Assembly: GCA_963827235.1 (NCBI GenBank)
Contig: CAWHAE010000012.1
Span: 640,001 to 704,000 of the forward strand
Direction of reading: 5' to 3'
Source: an uncultured bacterium
GTDB taxonomy: Bacteria > Chloroflexota > UBA5177 > JANWHV01
Length of the DNA: 64,000 nucleotides
Part shown: one piece after another, positions 27,269 through 37,021 of the stretch
Position numbering within the stretch: position 1 is the stretch's first letter
Layout of the letters: each line of letters starts with the position of its first letter
Program-made: the position numbers and the translations under genes
Notes under the pieces: model-generated
Seen by the model: only the letters and a program-made list of their open reading frames with translations
Database searches by the model: none
What the model was told of the DNA's origin: nothing

Positions 27269-28195
27269 ATGCCGCGCTACGAGGAACCCTGCCTCCAGCA
27301 CTCGCAGAACTTCCTTCAGGATGTCCGGCTCGTCGACTATCTCCTCGATCGCGCATCCATTCAGCCGGACGACGTCGTCTATGAGCCCGGTGCCGGTACC
27401 GGCATTATCACCGAGCGTCTGCTTCGCCGCTGCAAACAGGTGGTCGCCGTCGAGAAGGATCCACGACTGGCCGCGTACCTGCGCAGGCGACTTCAGGCAT
27501 ATCCGAATGTCGCCGTCCATGCCGCGGATTTCCTGCGGATAGCCTTGCCCGCCACGCGTTTCAAGGCTTTCGGCAGCATTCCCTACGCCTGCACCGCAGC
27601 AATCGTGGCCAGGTTGACCGCCGCGCAGGAGCCTCCCGTCGATACCTGTCTTGTGCTGCAGCGTGAGGCCGCCGAGCGATTCGTTGGCAGCCCGCGCACC
27701 ACGCTCTATGCCGCGCATATCTATCCCTGGTTCGCGGCGGACATTGTGCACTGCTTCCAACGCAGCGACTTTCGCCCGGTGCCAAGCGTGGATAGCGTAC
27801 TCATGCGACTCCTGCGGAGACCGCGCCCTTTGGTGGTGCGGGCTGACGCTCAGTTCTACCGCGATTTCGTGTCCTATGCTTTCACCGCAGCGCGGCCGGC
27901 TGTCCGCCGCACATTGCGCGCCTGACTGGATCGCGGTTCGGCAGATCGCATCCTATACGCTGAGAGGCTCGACCCTGTCGTCTCGCCCTCGATGGTTCCC
28001 GGAACGTTGTGGCTATTGCTGTTCGAGCACCTCAAGGACTCGGGTGGAGTGCGGGCCCGACGACTGGTCGCGGGAGCGGAACACCGGCTGCTCGAGCAGC
28101 AATCCCGTCTGCAGAAAGTGCATCGCGCGCGAATCGCTGCCCCAAAATGCCCGGCAGGCGGCGTTTACTCATGTGACGCTCCCCGAATGCGGTGA
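27269..28195 (+). pseudogene. erm: Erm-like 23S rRNA adenine N6-methyltransferase with in-frame TGA at 27923-27925
   Basis: SQNFL, EPGAGTG, VEKD, ADFL, GSIPY, FRPVPSVDS; same frame continues after TGA (SPSMV..WLLLF..RLQKVHR) to 28195. Confidence 0.75.
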
Positions 28196-29997
28196 AACCG
28201 GAGTACGGGCGAGGCGGTCGACCGGCATCGTTGAAGCACGTGGGAAGGTACACGATGATCGCAAGCACCCTGGCCACCAGATGGGCAGTGATGGACGCGG
28301 ATCCCGAGGACGCCCGGCCGTACTTGAAGGTAGTGCCGCAAAAGGGCGTCTCGCCGAAGACCGAGCGTTCCGGAAGTCTCAAAGATCTCGCGACCACCGA
28401 ACTCGTTGATGACGACGGCTTTTCGAGCTACGTCCACTACCGCGGCGTGTATGCGGCCGACGCTGGGACCGACGACATGCGTTTCTACTTGGCGCAGATC
28501 GGCCGCATTCCGCTTCTGACGGCGGCCCAGGAGATGCAGGCAGCTACGGCGTTCCGGGCTGGGCTGGCTGAAATCAGGCGGGCACAGGTCGACCTTGCCG
28601 ATCGCGTGTGGCTCCATCTTGCCTCCCACGATCGCGGGGCCCTGCGAGCAGTGGTGCACGAATGGCACGAGCTGCTGCGCATGGATGAGCCCGGTGCAGA
28701 GGAGATGGTGGCCTCGATTGTCCGCATCCTGCGCGACTGCGAGCCTCGCGCGCTCGCGTACTTCAGCGACGTGGCACGCTATCTTGACCGATCTTTCGAG
28801 GCAGGGCCGGCGTCCCTGGGTCCGCTGCTCGCCCGAATTCGATCTGGGGATACGGTGCTGTTGGCCTCACTCCGCGGCATCCTGGAGGCGCTGGGCTGCT
28901 CGCCCGTCGATGCCGACCGCGCACTGGCGCGTTTGCAGCGGTTGGTGGACGATCGGGCGCGATCCGGATCGTGGCCGGAGCCGCAGCGGCGCCAGAACCC
29001 GCGGGATGAGGCAGATGACGATGCTGGAGCTGAGTCGCCGCCGACGATCAGGCTGGGCGGAAAGTGGCTCGACGAGTCTGCTCCGGCCGTCGCGCTCGCG
29101 ACGTTCCTGGCCACAGGCAGGCGCAGCGTCGAGCTGCTGTTCGCCGCCCGCCCTCTGCCGGTCGACGAGCAGGAATGGCGCGAGAGGCTGTCCCGGCAGC
29201 TCCACTGCGATCTCTCCGCCGCCGGCGCTATCCTCGATGGTTGGCAGATCGATCGCGCGGTGATCGCGCGTGGCGATGCCGCGCGGACCCGGCTCATCGA
29301 GGCGAATCTGCGCCTCGTGGTCAGCGTCGCCAAGCATTTCCGCAGCACGAACGTGCAGCTGCTCGACCTGATTCAGGAAGGCAACATCGGGTTGCTGAGG
29401 GCGGCCGAGCTGTTCGACCCGTCCAAGGGCTTCCGCTTCAGTACCTACGCTACCTGGTGGATCCGGCAGTCGGTATCACGGGCGATCGCCTCCCAGGGAC
29501 GCATGATCCGCCTGCCCGTCTACGTGCGCGATCAGCTCCGCTCGGTCACGCGAGCCGAGCACGAGCTCACGCAGGCCTTCGGCCGCTCTCCCAGCCTCGA
29601 CGAGATCTCGCAGCACGCCAACATCCCGGCTGAGCGGATCGCCGAGATCAAGCGGTGCTTGGACGAACCGGTGTCGTTGGACGTGATGGTCGGCGAGGAC
29701 GACAACCTCACCCTCGGTGATATCCTCGAGGACAAGTCGCTAACCCGCCCGGCCGAGTCGGTAGATCGCCAGCAGCTGGAGAGCCGCGTCAAGTCCGTGC
29801 TGGCTACGCTCTCCGAGCGCGAGCAAGAGGTGATGCGCCTGCGCTTCGGTCTCGACGGTGGAAGGAATCACACGCTCGAGGAGATCGCCGCCCGTTTCCG
29901 CGTCACGCGTGAGCGCATCCGGCAGATCGAAGTTCGCTGCATGCGCAAGCTGCGCCATCCCTCGCGCCTCGAGGTGCTGCTGGACTACCGGCCCTAG
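28192..29997 (+). CDS. RpoD/SigA-family sigma-70 factor with long non-conserved region (start uncertain)
   Basis: [12 protein letters not shown] (1.2), [62 protein letters not shown]. Confidence 0.92.
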   Translation: MKPEYGRGGRPASLKHVGRYTMIASTLATRWAVMDADPEDARPYLKVVPQKGVSPKTERSGSLKDLATTELVDDDGFSSYVHYRGVYAADAGTDDMRFYLAQIGRIPLLTAAQEMQAATAFRAGLAEIRRAQVDLADRVWLHLASHDRGALRAVVHEWHELLRMDEPGAEEMVASIVRILRDCEPRALAYFSDVARYLDRSFEAGPASLGPLLARIRSGDTVLLASLRGILEALGCSPVDADRALARLQRLVDDRARSGSWPEPQRRQNPRDEADDDAGAESPPTIRLGGKWLDESAPAVALATFLATGRRSVELLFAARPLPVDEQEWRERLSRQLHCDLSAAGAILDGWQIDRAVIARGDAARTRLIEANLRLVVSVAKHFRSTNVQLLDLIQEGNIGLLRAAELFDPSKGFRFSTYATWWIRQSVSRAIASQGRMIRLPVYVRDQLRSVTRAEHELTQAFGRSPSLDEISQHANIPAERIAEIKRCLDEPVSLDVMVGEDDNLTLGDILEDKSLTRPAESVDRQQLESRVKSVLATLSEREQEVMRLRFGLDGGRNHTLEEIAARFRVTRERIRQIEVRCMRKLRHPSRLEVLLDYRP

Positions 29998-30040
29998 AGG
30001 CAAGCCACGCCGGGATCGACATTTGCGGCGAGCGTAGGCA

Positions 30041-30071
30041 AAGCGGTACTGGGAGCCTCCCAGTACCGCTT
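30041..30071. terminator. 14-bp stem-loop after the sigma gene
   Basis: AAGCGGTACTGGGA-GCC-TCCCAGTACCGCTT. Confidence 0.65.
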
Positions 30072-30290
30072 GCAGCTGGCGCCAAGCGCTGAGCTCACCC
30101 CACTCCTGCAGGTTCCGCCTTGGCCCGGGCACAGACCCGCACTCCTCCGCTGGTCCCGTTTCTTCTTCGGCTCTCCAGTGCCGCTATCAGCACAGTCGCA
30201 AGCCGTGCACCGACAAGCCGGTGTCTGCAGCCTCGGCACGGCGGCGGCTGGCGGTTGCGATCGGTAACCGCTCGTGGCTTGACGCGATCT

Positions 30291-30327
30291 CCCGTGACGC
30301 CCGGGCATCCTGCCCAGGCGTCACGGG
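30291..30327. terminator. stem-loop downstream of the S8 peptidase gene
   Basis: CCCGTGACGCC-CGGGCA-TCC-TGCCCA-GGCGTCACGGG. Confidence 0.55.
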
Positions 30328-30352
30328 CTGCAGGACTCGGGCTGCAACGCCT

Positions 30353-31990
30353 CTACTGCGTTAGCGTCACCGGCACGTACGGGCAGCCGAGCGCCGGGTC
30401 CGTCTCTGCCGGCGGATTGGCCGTATCGAGAATCTTGGTCAGCACCTGCCGCGACGTGAGCCTGGCCACGGTCGGGTTCGTCTGCCGGGCGATCTCGTTG
30501 GCGGCGACCACGTTGGCGGCCATGCCGCTGACTACCGGCGTGGCGAACGACGTGCCCGACCAGTAGACCCAGCCCGTCATGTTGGGTCGCATGCCGTCGA
30601 CCGCGGGCACCTCCAGCCTCGTGTAGACGCTGACCATGCCGTCCGGCGGCGTACCGGGTGGCACCACGGTGGCCTTGCCGTCCAGCATGCCTTCGCCGCC
30701 GTAGGTAGCCACGCAGTTGCCGGTGGCCGGTATGTCTGCCCGGTTGGAATACGCGGCGATCCTGCCTTCGCGGTTGGTGGCTACCACGCAGATCACGCCG
30801 TCGAAGTCGGCAGGCAGTCGCGGTTGTGGATGGGCGCCATCGGCCGCCGCCCGGCGCCGGCGCCGCAGCGCGTCATTGCCTGCCGCGGCGACGACGACCG
30901 CGCCGGCATCCAGAAGCAGGTCGATCCGCTGCTCGACCGCCTCGTCGAGCGCATCGATCAGCTCCGCCTGCCGGCTCGGGTGGATCTGCGGCATCGCAGG
31001 CTGGCCGCCGAACCAGTAGTCCCACAGATGCTCGCCGGGCGGGATACTCATGTACATGCTCATGTTCACGATCACGCGGTGCCCCGAGTGGACCAATGCA
31101 AGGCAATAGTCGAGGGCATCGAGCATCAGGTGCGTGTGGCCGGTGCCGGTGTCATCCAGCACGTGCAGCAGGTGAATCTCCGCGTGCGGCGCGATGCGGT
31201 GAATGACGCCTGCGACGAACAGACCGTGGTCGGATTCCACGGGCTGCCGGGCCGTCTCGACGCCGTCCGGTGCATCGAACCTGTTCCAGTCCACGATCAC
31301 GTTGTTGTGCGCCAGGTCCTGCATCAGGGCGTTTGCCTGGTTGCGAGCCATCTGTGCCGCCTGTTCGAGGGCTGCTTTGCCCGGCGAGCTATCCAGCACG
31401 GCCACGATCACTTTCTGTCTTGGCCCGGCCTGGCCGGCAGGCCAGCGCACACCCGGCGGCACCGTGATCGGCCACGATCCGGGGGGAGCGGGGTCGGGCA
31501 GGGTCGCGGGACCACCAATCACATGGCCCCAGCCGGTTGTCGTTAGCCAGTTTGGGCAGGCCGAGGACACCAGGATCCCTTCATGCTCGAGCTCATGCAG
31601 TGCCGCGTTGACGGCGTCGACGGCGTCCCTGACGTGATCTCTGGAGCTTTCGCCGCTTCCCTGCTTGATCGCGCGGAACCGCAACGTCAGAGGCGCTCCC
31701 GCCAAGTGCGGCGCCTGCGTGCCGGATCGGCCGTCATTCGCATTCGCGATCGGCTCCAGCTCGATGCCGGCGATGTCGCGAATGCGGCGCAGCAGAGTCT
31801 CCACCCGCGGGCTGTCGGGCGCCGGCCTCGACGTGGTATCGACGAACGTGAACAGGATCTCGCCGTGCCGGTAGTACGCTTCATCCAGTGGGTCGAGTTG
31901 GGTTTCCACGTCTGCCTCCGTCGCTACGCCGGTCAGTGTCAGCTCACTCACTTCGACGATAGTCTCGATCTCGGTTGCAATCGTCTGCAC
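30353..31990 (-). CDS. cytoplasmic S8 (subtilase) serine peptidase
   Basis: VAVLDS (Asp), DHGLFVAG (His), AAAGND (oxyanion Asn), SGTSFATP (Ser); acidic N-terminus, no signal peptide; strong purine-rich RBS. Confidence 0.9.
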   Translation of the reverse strand: MQTIATEIETIVEVSELTLTGVATEADVETQLDPLDEAYYRHGEILFTFVDTTSRPAPDSPRVETLLRRIRDIAGIELEPIANANDGRSGTQAPHLAGAPLTLRFRAIKQGSGESSRDHVRDAVDAVNAALHELEHEGILVSSACPNWLTTTGWGHVIGGPATLPDPAPPGSWPITVPPGVRWPAGQAGPRQKVIVAVLDSSPGKAALEQAAQMARNQANALMQDLAHNNVIVDWNRFDAPDGVETARQPVESDHGLFVAGVIHRIAPHAEIHLLHVLDDTGTGHTHLMLDALDYCLALVHSGHRVIVNMSMYMSIPPGEHLWDYWFGGQPAMPQIHPSRQAELIDALDEAVEQRIDLLLDAGAVVVAAAGNDALRRRRRAAADGAHPQPRLPADFDGVICVVATNREGRIAAYSNRADIPATGNCVATYGGEGMLDGKATVVPPGTPPDGMVSVYTRLEVPAVDGMRPNMTGWVYWSGTSFATPVVSGMAANVVAANEIARQTNPTVARLTSRQVLTKILDTANPPAETDPALGCPYVPVTLTQ

Positions 31991-32376
31991 TCCTACCTTC
32001 CTCCCTGTTCACGGCCTACGGCGGCGTACTCTACATAACCCGTCCACGGGCGAGCCGGATGGTGAAACCGTGCTGGACTCACGGGTAGGTAGCCCGGCAG
32101 ATCGGCAACATCTTTTCGCTGCACCGAGACATCGCCGATATCGCGGTGTCGACAGGCTGCGTACACCCACATCTGAAAGGCTCCCGGTAGTACGTCAAGG
32201 AAATGGCTCCGCGCGATGCCGGCATGCTTCGCGGTGTCATGCGCCAGTCGGACACCATGTATGCTGACGCTCCAGGCGGCCGCAGCCACCAAACTGCTGC
32301 TACGCCCGACCCGCCGCGGCGAGTTCCCCGGTCGCATGCCGGTCTCCTGCCGCTATGAATGCCTGGTGACAGGCCA

Positions 32377-35376
32377 CTAGAGAGATCCGGCGTGCCCGAT
32401 CAACTGGAACGGAGCCCAGAAGAACGGCCCGCTCGCGTCTATCCCGGTATCGACCTCCTTTCGCAGTAGAGCGACCTGCGCCTGCCTCAAGGCCGCGGCC
32501 TTGCTGCGACCGGCGCGCAACGCGGCGTAAAACTCGCGCATCAGGACCGCGGACGTCTGATCCTCGACCATCCAGAGCGAGAGCACGAGGGACGGCGCTC
32601 CGGCATAGAGGAAGGCACGACTCAATCCCATCAGCTCGTCGCCGGCGCCGGAGACACCAAGCGCCGTCTCACAGGCGCTGAGCGTCACCAGAGAGCAGCG
32701 CAGCTCCATGCTGAATACGTCGAGGGTTGTGAGTCGGCCGTCCGCGAGCTGGATCCAGGAGAGCATAGGCTCCTCCGGGTTGAACGCCGCGTGGGCGGCG
32801 ATGTGCAGCAGTCGCGCCCGCGTCGCCTGCCCTTCGAGCGCCGATCTCGACGCGGCGGTGCCCGACAGCAGCTGGGCGCCCGACGCGCCGGCGACCCATC
32901 GGCCTTCTGTCGCGACATGGGGCAGAGAACCTTCCGGCGCGTATGCCAGAACCACTCCGGCCGACATCGCCCCGGACGCTGAGTGCAAGTAGTCCCGCCG
33001 CCCGGCGAAATGGCGAAGCAGATCGGCGCTCGGCGAGTAAGAGATCTCGAAGCGCTCGATCAGGTAGCGGTCGCCGTCGTGCAGGGCGTGAAACGGCACG
33101 TGATGGGAAACACCGTGAGGCACGACGATTAGTCGCTCAATGCATGGCAACGAGTCCAGAGCATCGCCCAGCAGAGCGTGGTGAAGCTGCTGCAAGATCC
33201 CCCGCGCATTGACGGCCAGGGCGGCCAACGCCCGCGCATCCCGACCCACGAGCGAGACGCTCCGGCCGACGTTCAGGCGCAGAAAGCCTACCAGTCGCTG
33301 CACAGTGTCCCTGGCACCGGACAGCGTGATCACTTGCAGCGAGCCGTCGTGGAAGACGAAGAGCTGGAGATCGGGTCCAGTAGCGAAGTACTCCAGAAGC
33401 GCGGTGTCAGCCGGGCACTGGCTCGAGAGGCGGCTGATCAGGTCGGCGGCGGCGCCCTCTCTTGCATCGCCGCCCGAGTCCTGTGCATGCCCAACGCCAA
33501 GCGCCGCGGCCTCGCCGGCATACGCTGGGTTTGCCGCCTGCAGCTCCCGCCAGATTTCGGCTATGCGGCGCTGGATCTCATACGCCTCGGCACCCGCGGT
33601 CGGGCCGGCCGCGCGCACGAGCATGGAGCTCGGACCGAGCTGGGGCGAGCCGGCGTCGAGCACCGCCAGCCGGTCGCGCAGCGTCGACATCTCGTCGATC
33701 AGGGCGGCGGAGCGGGCATCGCGGGCGCGCGGCCGCACGTCTACTCCACCTTCCAGGTGCTCGGCCAGGGCGCGCGCTTTGGACATGTCGGCGTAATAGA
33801 GGGCGTGCCGAAGGTCACCGCTGCCGAGCGCCAGTTGCACGGCATCCTCGTAAAGTCGGAAACCCGTCCCGGCGAGCGAGGCGCGATCCTCCCAGGCAGT
33901 ACGCCGGTGCACGCGCGCCAGCCGGCTGATGGCACTGTCTAGCGTCTGGCGTGCGTCACTACGCTCGCCGCGATGGCTTTCCACGATGCCACGAATATGC
34001 AGAGCTCGAGCCGCCAGCCAGTCGAGACTCTCAAGCTCGGCCGTCTGTAGCACTTGGGAGGCGAACTGCAAGGCGTCGTCGTCGCGTCCCAGATCTAGGA
34101 GTATGGAACTGCTCAGAGCCCGTGCGGTGGCCAACTCGATGGTAAGGCCCGCTCGCTCCAGGGCAGGTATCACACTGCTGAGCAGCGCGTTTGCCGCATC
34201 CGGGCTGCCCAGAGTGCTGAGGAGCTGCGCCCGGGCCAGATCGACGATGGGCCACAGCCCGACGATATCCCCGTGATCCTTGACAAGGGAAGCAGCGCCG
34301 TCGAGCACGGCGATGCCTTCGAGCGGCTGCCCTCGGCCTGCATAGGCCAAGGCGAGCCAGACGGCAGCCGAAACTCTATCGGCTACGGCATCATACGGCG
34401 CTAAGTCCGCGTCGAGGTTGCCTGCGAGCGTGATTGCCTCGCGGTAGCGGCCCATCCTGACGTGGCATTCCAGTGCCAGAAGATCTGCGAGTGCCGCCCG
34501 ATACCGATCGCCTACGGCCAGCAGGCCGCGCCGCGCGGACGCCAGGGTTGACACCGCCTCGGCGAAATGTCCGAGGGCCATCAGCATGCCTCCCCGGGTA
34601 CCTTCCTCGCGGACCTCTTCCGGCTTGGCGCCGAGTACGGCGAAGCGGTCGCCCGCCAGCGCATTCGTGGACAGCGCTTCACGCACTCTCCCCAGCCGCC
34701 AGAGCAGCAGCGCGTGATTGCTTGTCGCCGCGGCGGCATAGTACGGTGGCCCGGCCGTCTCGTAGTAGTCCAGGGCCTTCCGGCTGTAGTCGAGGGCGTC
34801 AGCTGGGCAGTTGAAGCGTTCGAACAGCAGGGCCAGCATGGCGTCGAGCGCCGCAAGTCGAAGCAAGTCTCCGTGTTCGAGAAGAATGTCGCGCGCCGTG
34901 TGGGCCCGTTCCAGCGCCTCAGAGAAGCGACCGAGCATGGCGCACACGGCGGTGCGACAAATCTGCGCGCGAGCCCAGCCTGTCTCGTGACCATGGTGAC
35001 GAAAGAGCTCCGAAGATTCGTCGAGGCCGTGTAGGGCCTCGTGGAAACGGCCTTGATCGTATTGCACCGTGGCGGCGGTCATCCTGGCCAGGGCGACCAC
35101 GGTAGGCTCTCCGGCGATCGTTCCCAGCTGCTCGATCATGGCGCACCAGCGCAGCGCGAGCTCCTTGTCCTGGAAGCGCAGGCGGTCGGCCTCGTCCTTG
35201 AGCGCCTCGGCGGTCTCCCAGACGTCGCCGGCCTGCGCCGCCTCCGCGAGCAGCGCGGACCTCTCCTCCGCGTCGCGGCATGCCCGGAGCCGTTCGACCA
35301 GGCGCTCCCGGCTGAAGCCCGCGTCGCCGGCCGTCATCCGGCGCGCAGCAAGGAGGAGATCACTCGGCGTCTCCAA
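32377..35376 (-). CDS. TPR-repeat + CHAT (caspase-like) protease
   Basis: Helical repeats then ALLEYF, VVPHG..PFHAL, LHIAAH, LSACET, AFLYAGA, SLWMVED, FWAPFQLIG. Confidence 0.92.
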   Translation of the reverse strand: METPSDLLLAARRMTAGDAGFSRERLVERLRACRDAEERSALLAEAAQAGDVWETAEALKDEADRLRFQDKELALRWCAMIEQLGTIAGEPTVVALARMTAATVQYDQGRFHEALHGLDESSELFRHHGHETGWARAQICRTAVCAMLGRFSEALERAHTARDILLEHGDLLRLAALDAMLALLFERFNCPADALDYSRKALDYYETAGPPYYAAAATSNHALLLWRLGRVREALSTNALAGDRFAVLGAKPEEVREEGTRGGMLMALGHFAEAVSTLASARRGLLAVGDRYRAALADLLALECHVRMGRYREAITLAGNLDADLAPYDAVADRVSAAVWLALAYAGRGQPLEGIAVLDGAASLVKDHGDIVGLWPIVDLARAQLLSTLGSPDAANALLSSVIPALERAGLTIELATARALSSSILLDLGRDDDALQFASQVLQTAELESLDWLAARALHIRGIVESHRGERSDARQTLDSAISRLARVHRRTAWEDRASLAGTGFRLYEDAVQLALGSGDLRHALYYADMSKARALAEHLEGGVDVRPRARDARSAALIDEMSTLRDRLAVLDAGSPQLGPSSMLVRAAGPTAGAEAYEIQRRIAEIWRELQAANPAYAGEAAALGVGHAQDSGGDAREGAAADLISRLSSQCPADTALLEYFATGPDLQLFVFHDGSLQVITLSGARDTVQRLVGFLRLNVGRSVSLVGRDARALAALAVNARGILQQLHHALLGDALDSLPCIERLIVVPHGVSHHVPFHALHDGDRYLIERFEISYSPSADLLRHFAGRRDYLHSASGAMSAGVVLAYAPEGSLPHVATEGRWVAGASGAQLLSGTAASRSALEGQATRARLLHIAAHAAFNPEEPMLSWIQLADGRLTTLDVFSMELRCSLVTLSACETALGVSGAGDELMGLSRAFLYAGAPSLVLSLWMVEDQTSAVLMREFYAALRAGRSKAAALRQAQVALLRKEVDTGIDASGPFFWAPFQLIGHAGSL

Positions 35377-36097
35377 CGCTCACACCCTCGACCACCAACT
35401 CACGGTCGGCGCAGCGCAGCTCCAGATCGTAGGTGCCTGCCGGCAAGCCCGGCACGGCAAAGCTGCCGAACTCGTCGACCGCGCCGCCGGCCACCACGTT
35501 GCCGCCGGCAACCGCGCGCACCTCGCATCCTGCCTCGGGCGGCACCCCGGCCAGGTCAACCAAGCCTAGAAGCGTCCACGATCGCGCGTCCCCGCTGCCC
35601 TCCGCCTGGGTGCTGAGCGATACCGTCATGCCATCCGCTTCGTAGGCCTGACCATCGTTCCGGCCGTCGCCTCGCAGGCCCGCCGCGGCCAACCCGGGTA
35701 CAGGCGCGGGCAGTAAGCGTGCGAGAAGCCGGCGGATCGGGCCGGGCGCGGGTACCGCGTCCGCCAAGGGATCGCCGGCCAGGTCGGCGCCGAGCTGGCG
35801 CAGCTCCTCGGCGCACATTCGACATTCGACCAGGTGGCCCCGGATTGCGAGCGCCTCTCCAGTCTCCAGCATGCCCAATACCAGCTCGCCCAGCGTCAGC
35901 GGTGAAGGGCACGCGCTGCGCAGCAGGAGTGGGCGCAGTCTGCGGTCGAGTCGTGAGTATTCGGCCACGATCTGTGCGCATTGGGCACACTGCCCGGCAT
36001 GCTGGCGTGCGGCCTCGATGTCCTCACCGGTAGCCAGGGCCATGAGCTGGTCGAGGTCGAAGTGCCCGGGCATCGTACTGTTCGGAATCCAGTCCAT
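35360..36097 (-). CDS. soluble anti-sigma-like protein with two HxxxCxxC zinc motifs and a C-terminal beta-sandwich
   Basis: HAGQCAQC and HLVECRMC; VDEFGSFAVPGLPAGTYDLEL; GGAGG RBS; directly after ECF sigma. Confidence 0.75.
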   Translation of the reverse strand: MDWIPNSTMPGHFDLDQLMALATGEDIEAARQHAGQCAQCAQIVAEYSRLDRRLRPLLLRSACPSPLTLGELVLGMLETGEALAIRGHLVECRMCAEELRQLGADLAGDPLADAVPAPGPIRRLLARLLPAPVPGLAAAGLRGDGRNDGQAYEADGMTVSLSTQAEGSGDARSWTLLGLVDLAGVPPEAGCEVRAVAGGNVVAGGAVDEFGSFAVPGLPAGTYDLELRCADRELVVEGVSVGDAE

Positions 36098-36179
36098 GGC
36101 AGCTACGCCTCCAGGTTCCTATTCATCACATGGAAGTAAACGCAGGCCGGAGCATCAATTAGAGGATCGAGCCGGCCCA

Positions 36180-36890
36180 CTACTGCACTTCGCGAAAGAG
36201 CTCCGATCGCCGCAGCCGGTCGAGCGCGTTACGCTTCGCCTGGTACACGGCCTGTACGTCGGGAAACGAGTGTGGATACCTGGCAGAGATCTCGCGCGGA
36301 CTGAGGTCCACGGCATACGACAGGTAGAGCACATGGGCCGCCCGTTCGTCCTGCAGTACGATGCCGATGCGCTGCCACAGCGCCGCATCGTCCACCATCT
36401 CCGCCACGCTGCCCTCGACGTCGTCGCCGGCCGGCATGGCCTCGGCAGCGGCCGCCTGCTCGGTCTGGGCGCCCGCCTGCAGGGCGCGGGCGTGATCGAT
36501 CGCCACCGTGCGCACGCACATCTTGAGGTAGCCGAGCACAGCCGATAGGGAGGCGAAGCGGCCGAACTTCTCGCCGTCGACGGCCTGCCAGAAGCGCTCG
36601 AATGAGGCGGGCACCGCCTCGTCGGGATCCATCTTCGTGCCGAGCCAGCGCCGGACGAAGGCGGCGTACTGATTGTAGACCGCAGTCCACGCCTCCTCGC
36701 TGCGCAGGACTATGGCGCGGCGGAACAGTTCCAGGCAGAATTCGTCCCGCGACGGCTCGGCGCGCATGTAGCGCGCGGTCTGCTCGCTGCAGCTTCCCGA
36801 TAGCTCGTCCACGGTAAGGGCGTCAAGCATGACGGCGTGCTCCTGGGCGGTGGCTTGGGTTCTCCTCTGAGCCGTTTTCAGCATGATCAT
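36180..36890 (-). CDS. ECF-type sigma-70 factor (start uncertain)
   Basis: ELFRRAI..EAWTAVYNQY..VRRW, SFERFW, YLKMCV..IDHAR, LSPREIS, NALDRLRR. Confidence 0.82.
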   Translation of the reverse strand: MIMLKTAQRRTQATAQEHAVMLDALTVDELSGSCSEQTARYMRAEPSRDEFCLELFRRAIVLRSEEAWTAVYNQYAAFVRRWLGTKMDPDEAVPASFERFWQAVDGEKFGRFASLSAVLGYLKMCVRTVAIDHARALQAGAQTEQAAAAEAMPAGDDVEGSVAEMVDDAALWQRIGIVLQDERAAHVLYLSYAVDLSPREISARYPHSFPDVQAVYQAKRNALDRLRRSELFREVQ

Positions 36891-37021
36891 ACAGTTCCCG
36901 GAAGTCAAGGCGTGTTGCCGCGACCAGGCAGCCGCTCAAACCGGCTGTGGTATTCTGAGCTGAATGGAGACGATCAGGCGTTCGAAGCACTTCGGGCGGC
37001 GCTACCTGAGCCGGCGATAGC

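Noticed and set aside
27923-27925. Selenocysteine recoding of the erm TGA
   Set aside because: The position is not a catalytic Cys site and no convincing bacterial SECIS follows
27269-27925. Annotation as ksgA/rsmA
   Set aside because: SQNFL motif, leader-peptide attenuator and non-housekeeping context fit Erm better; a phylogeny would settle it
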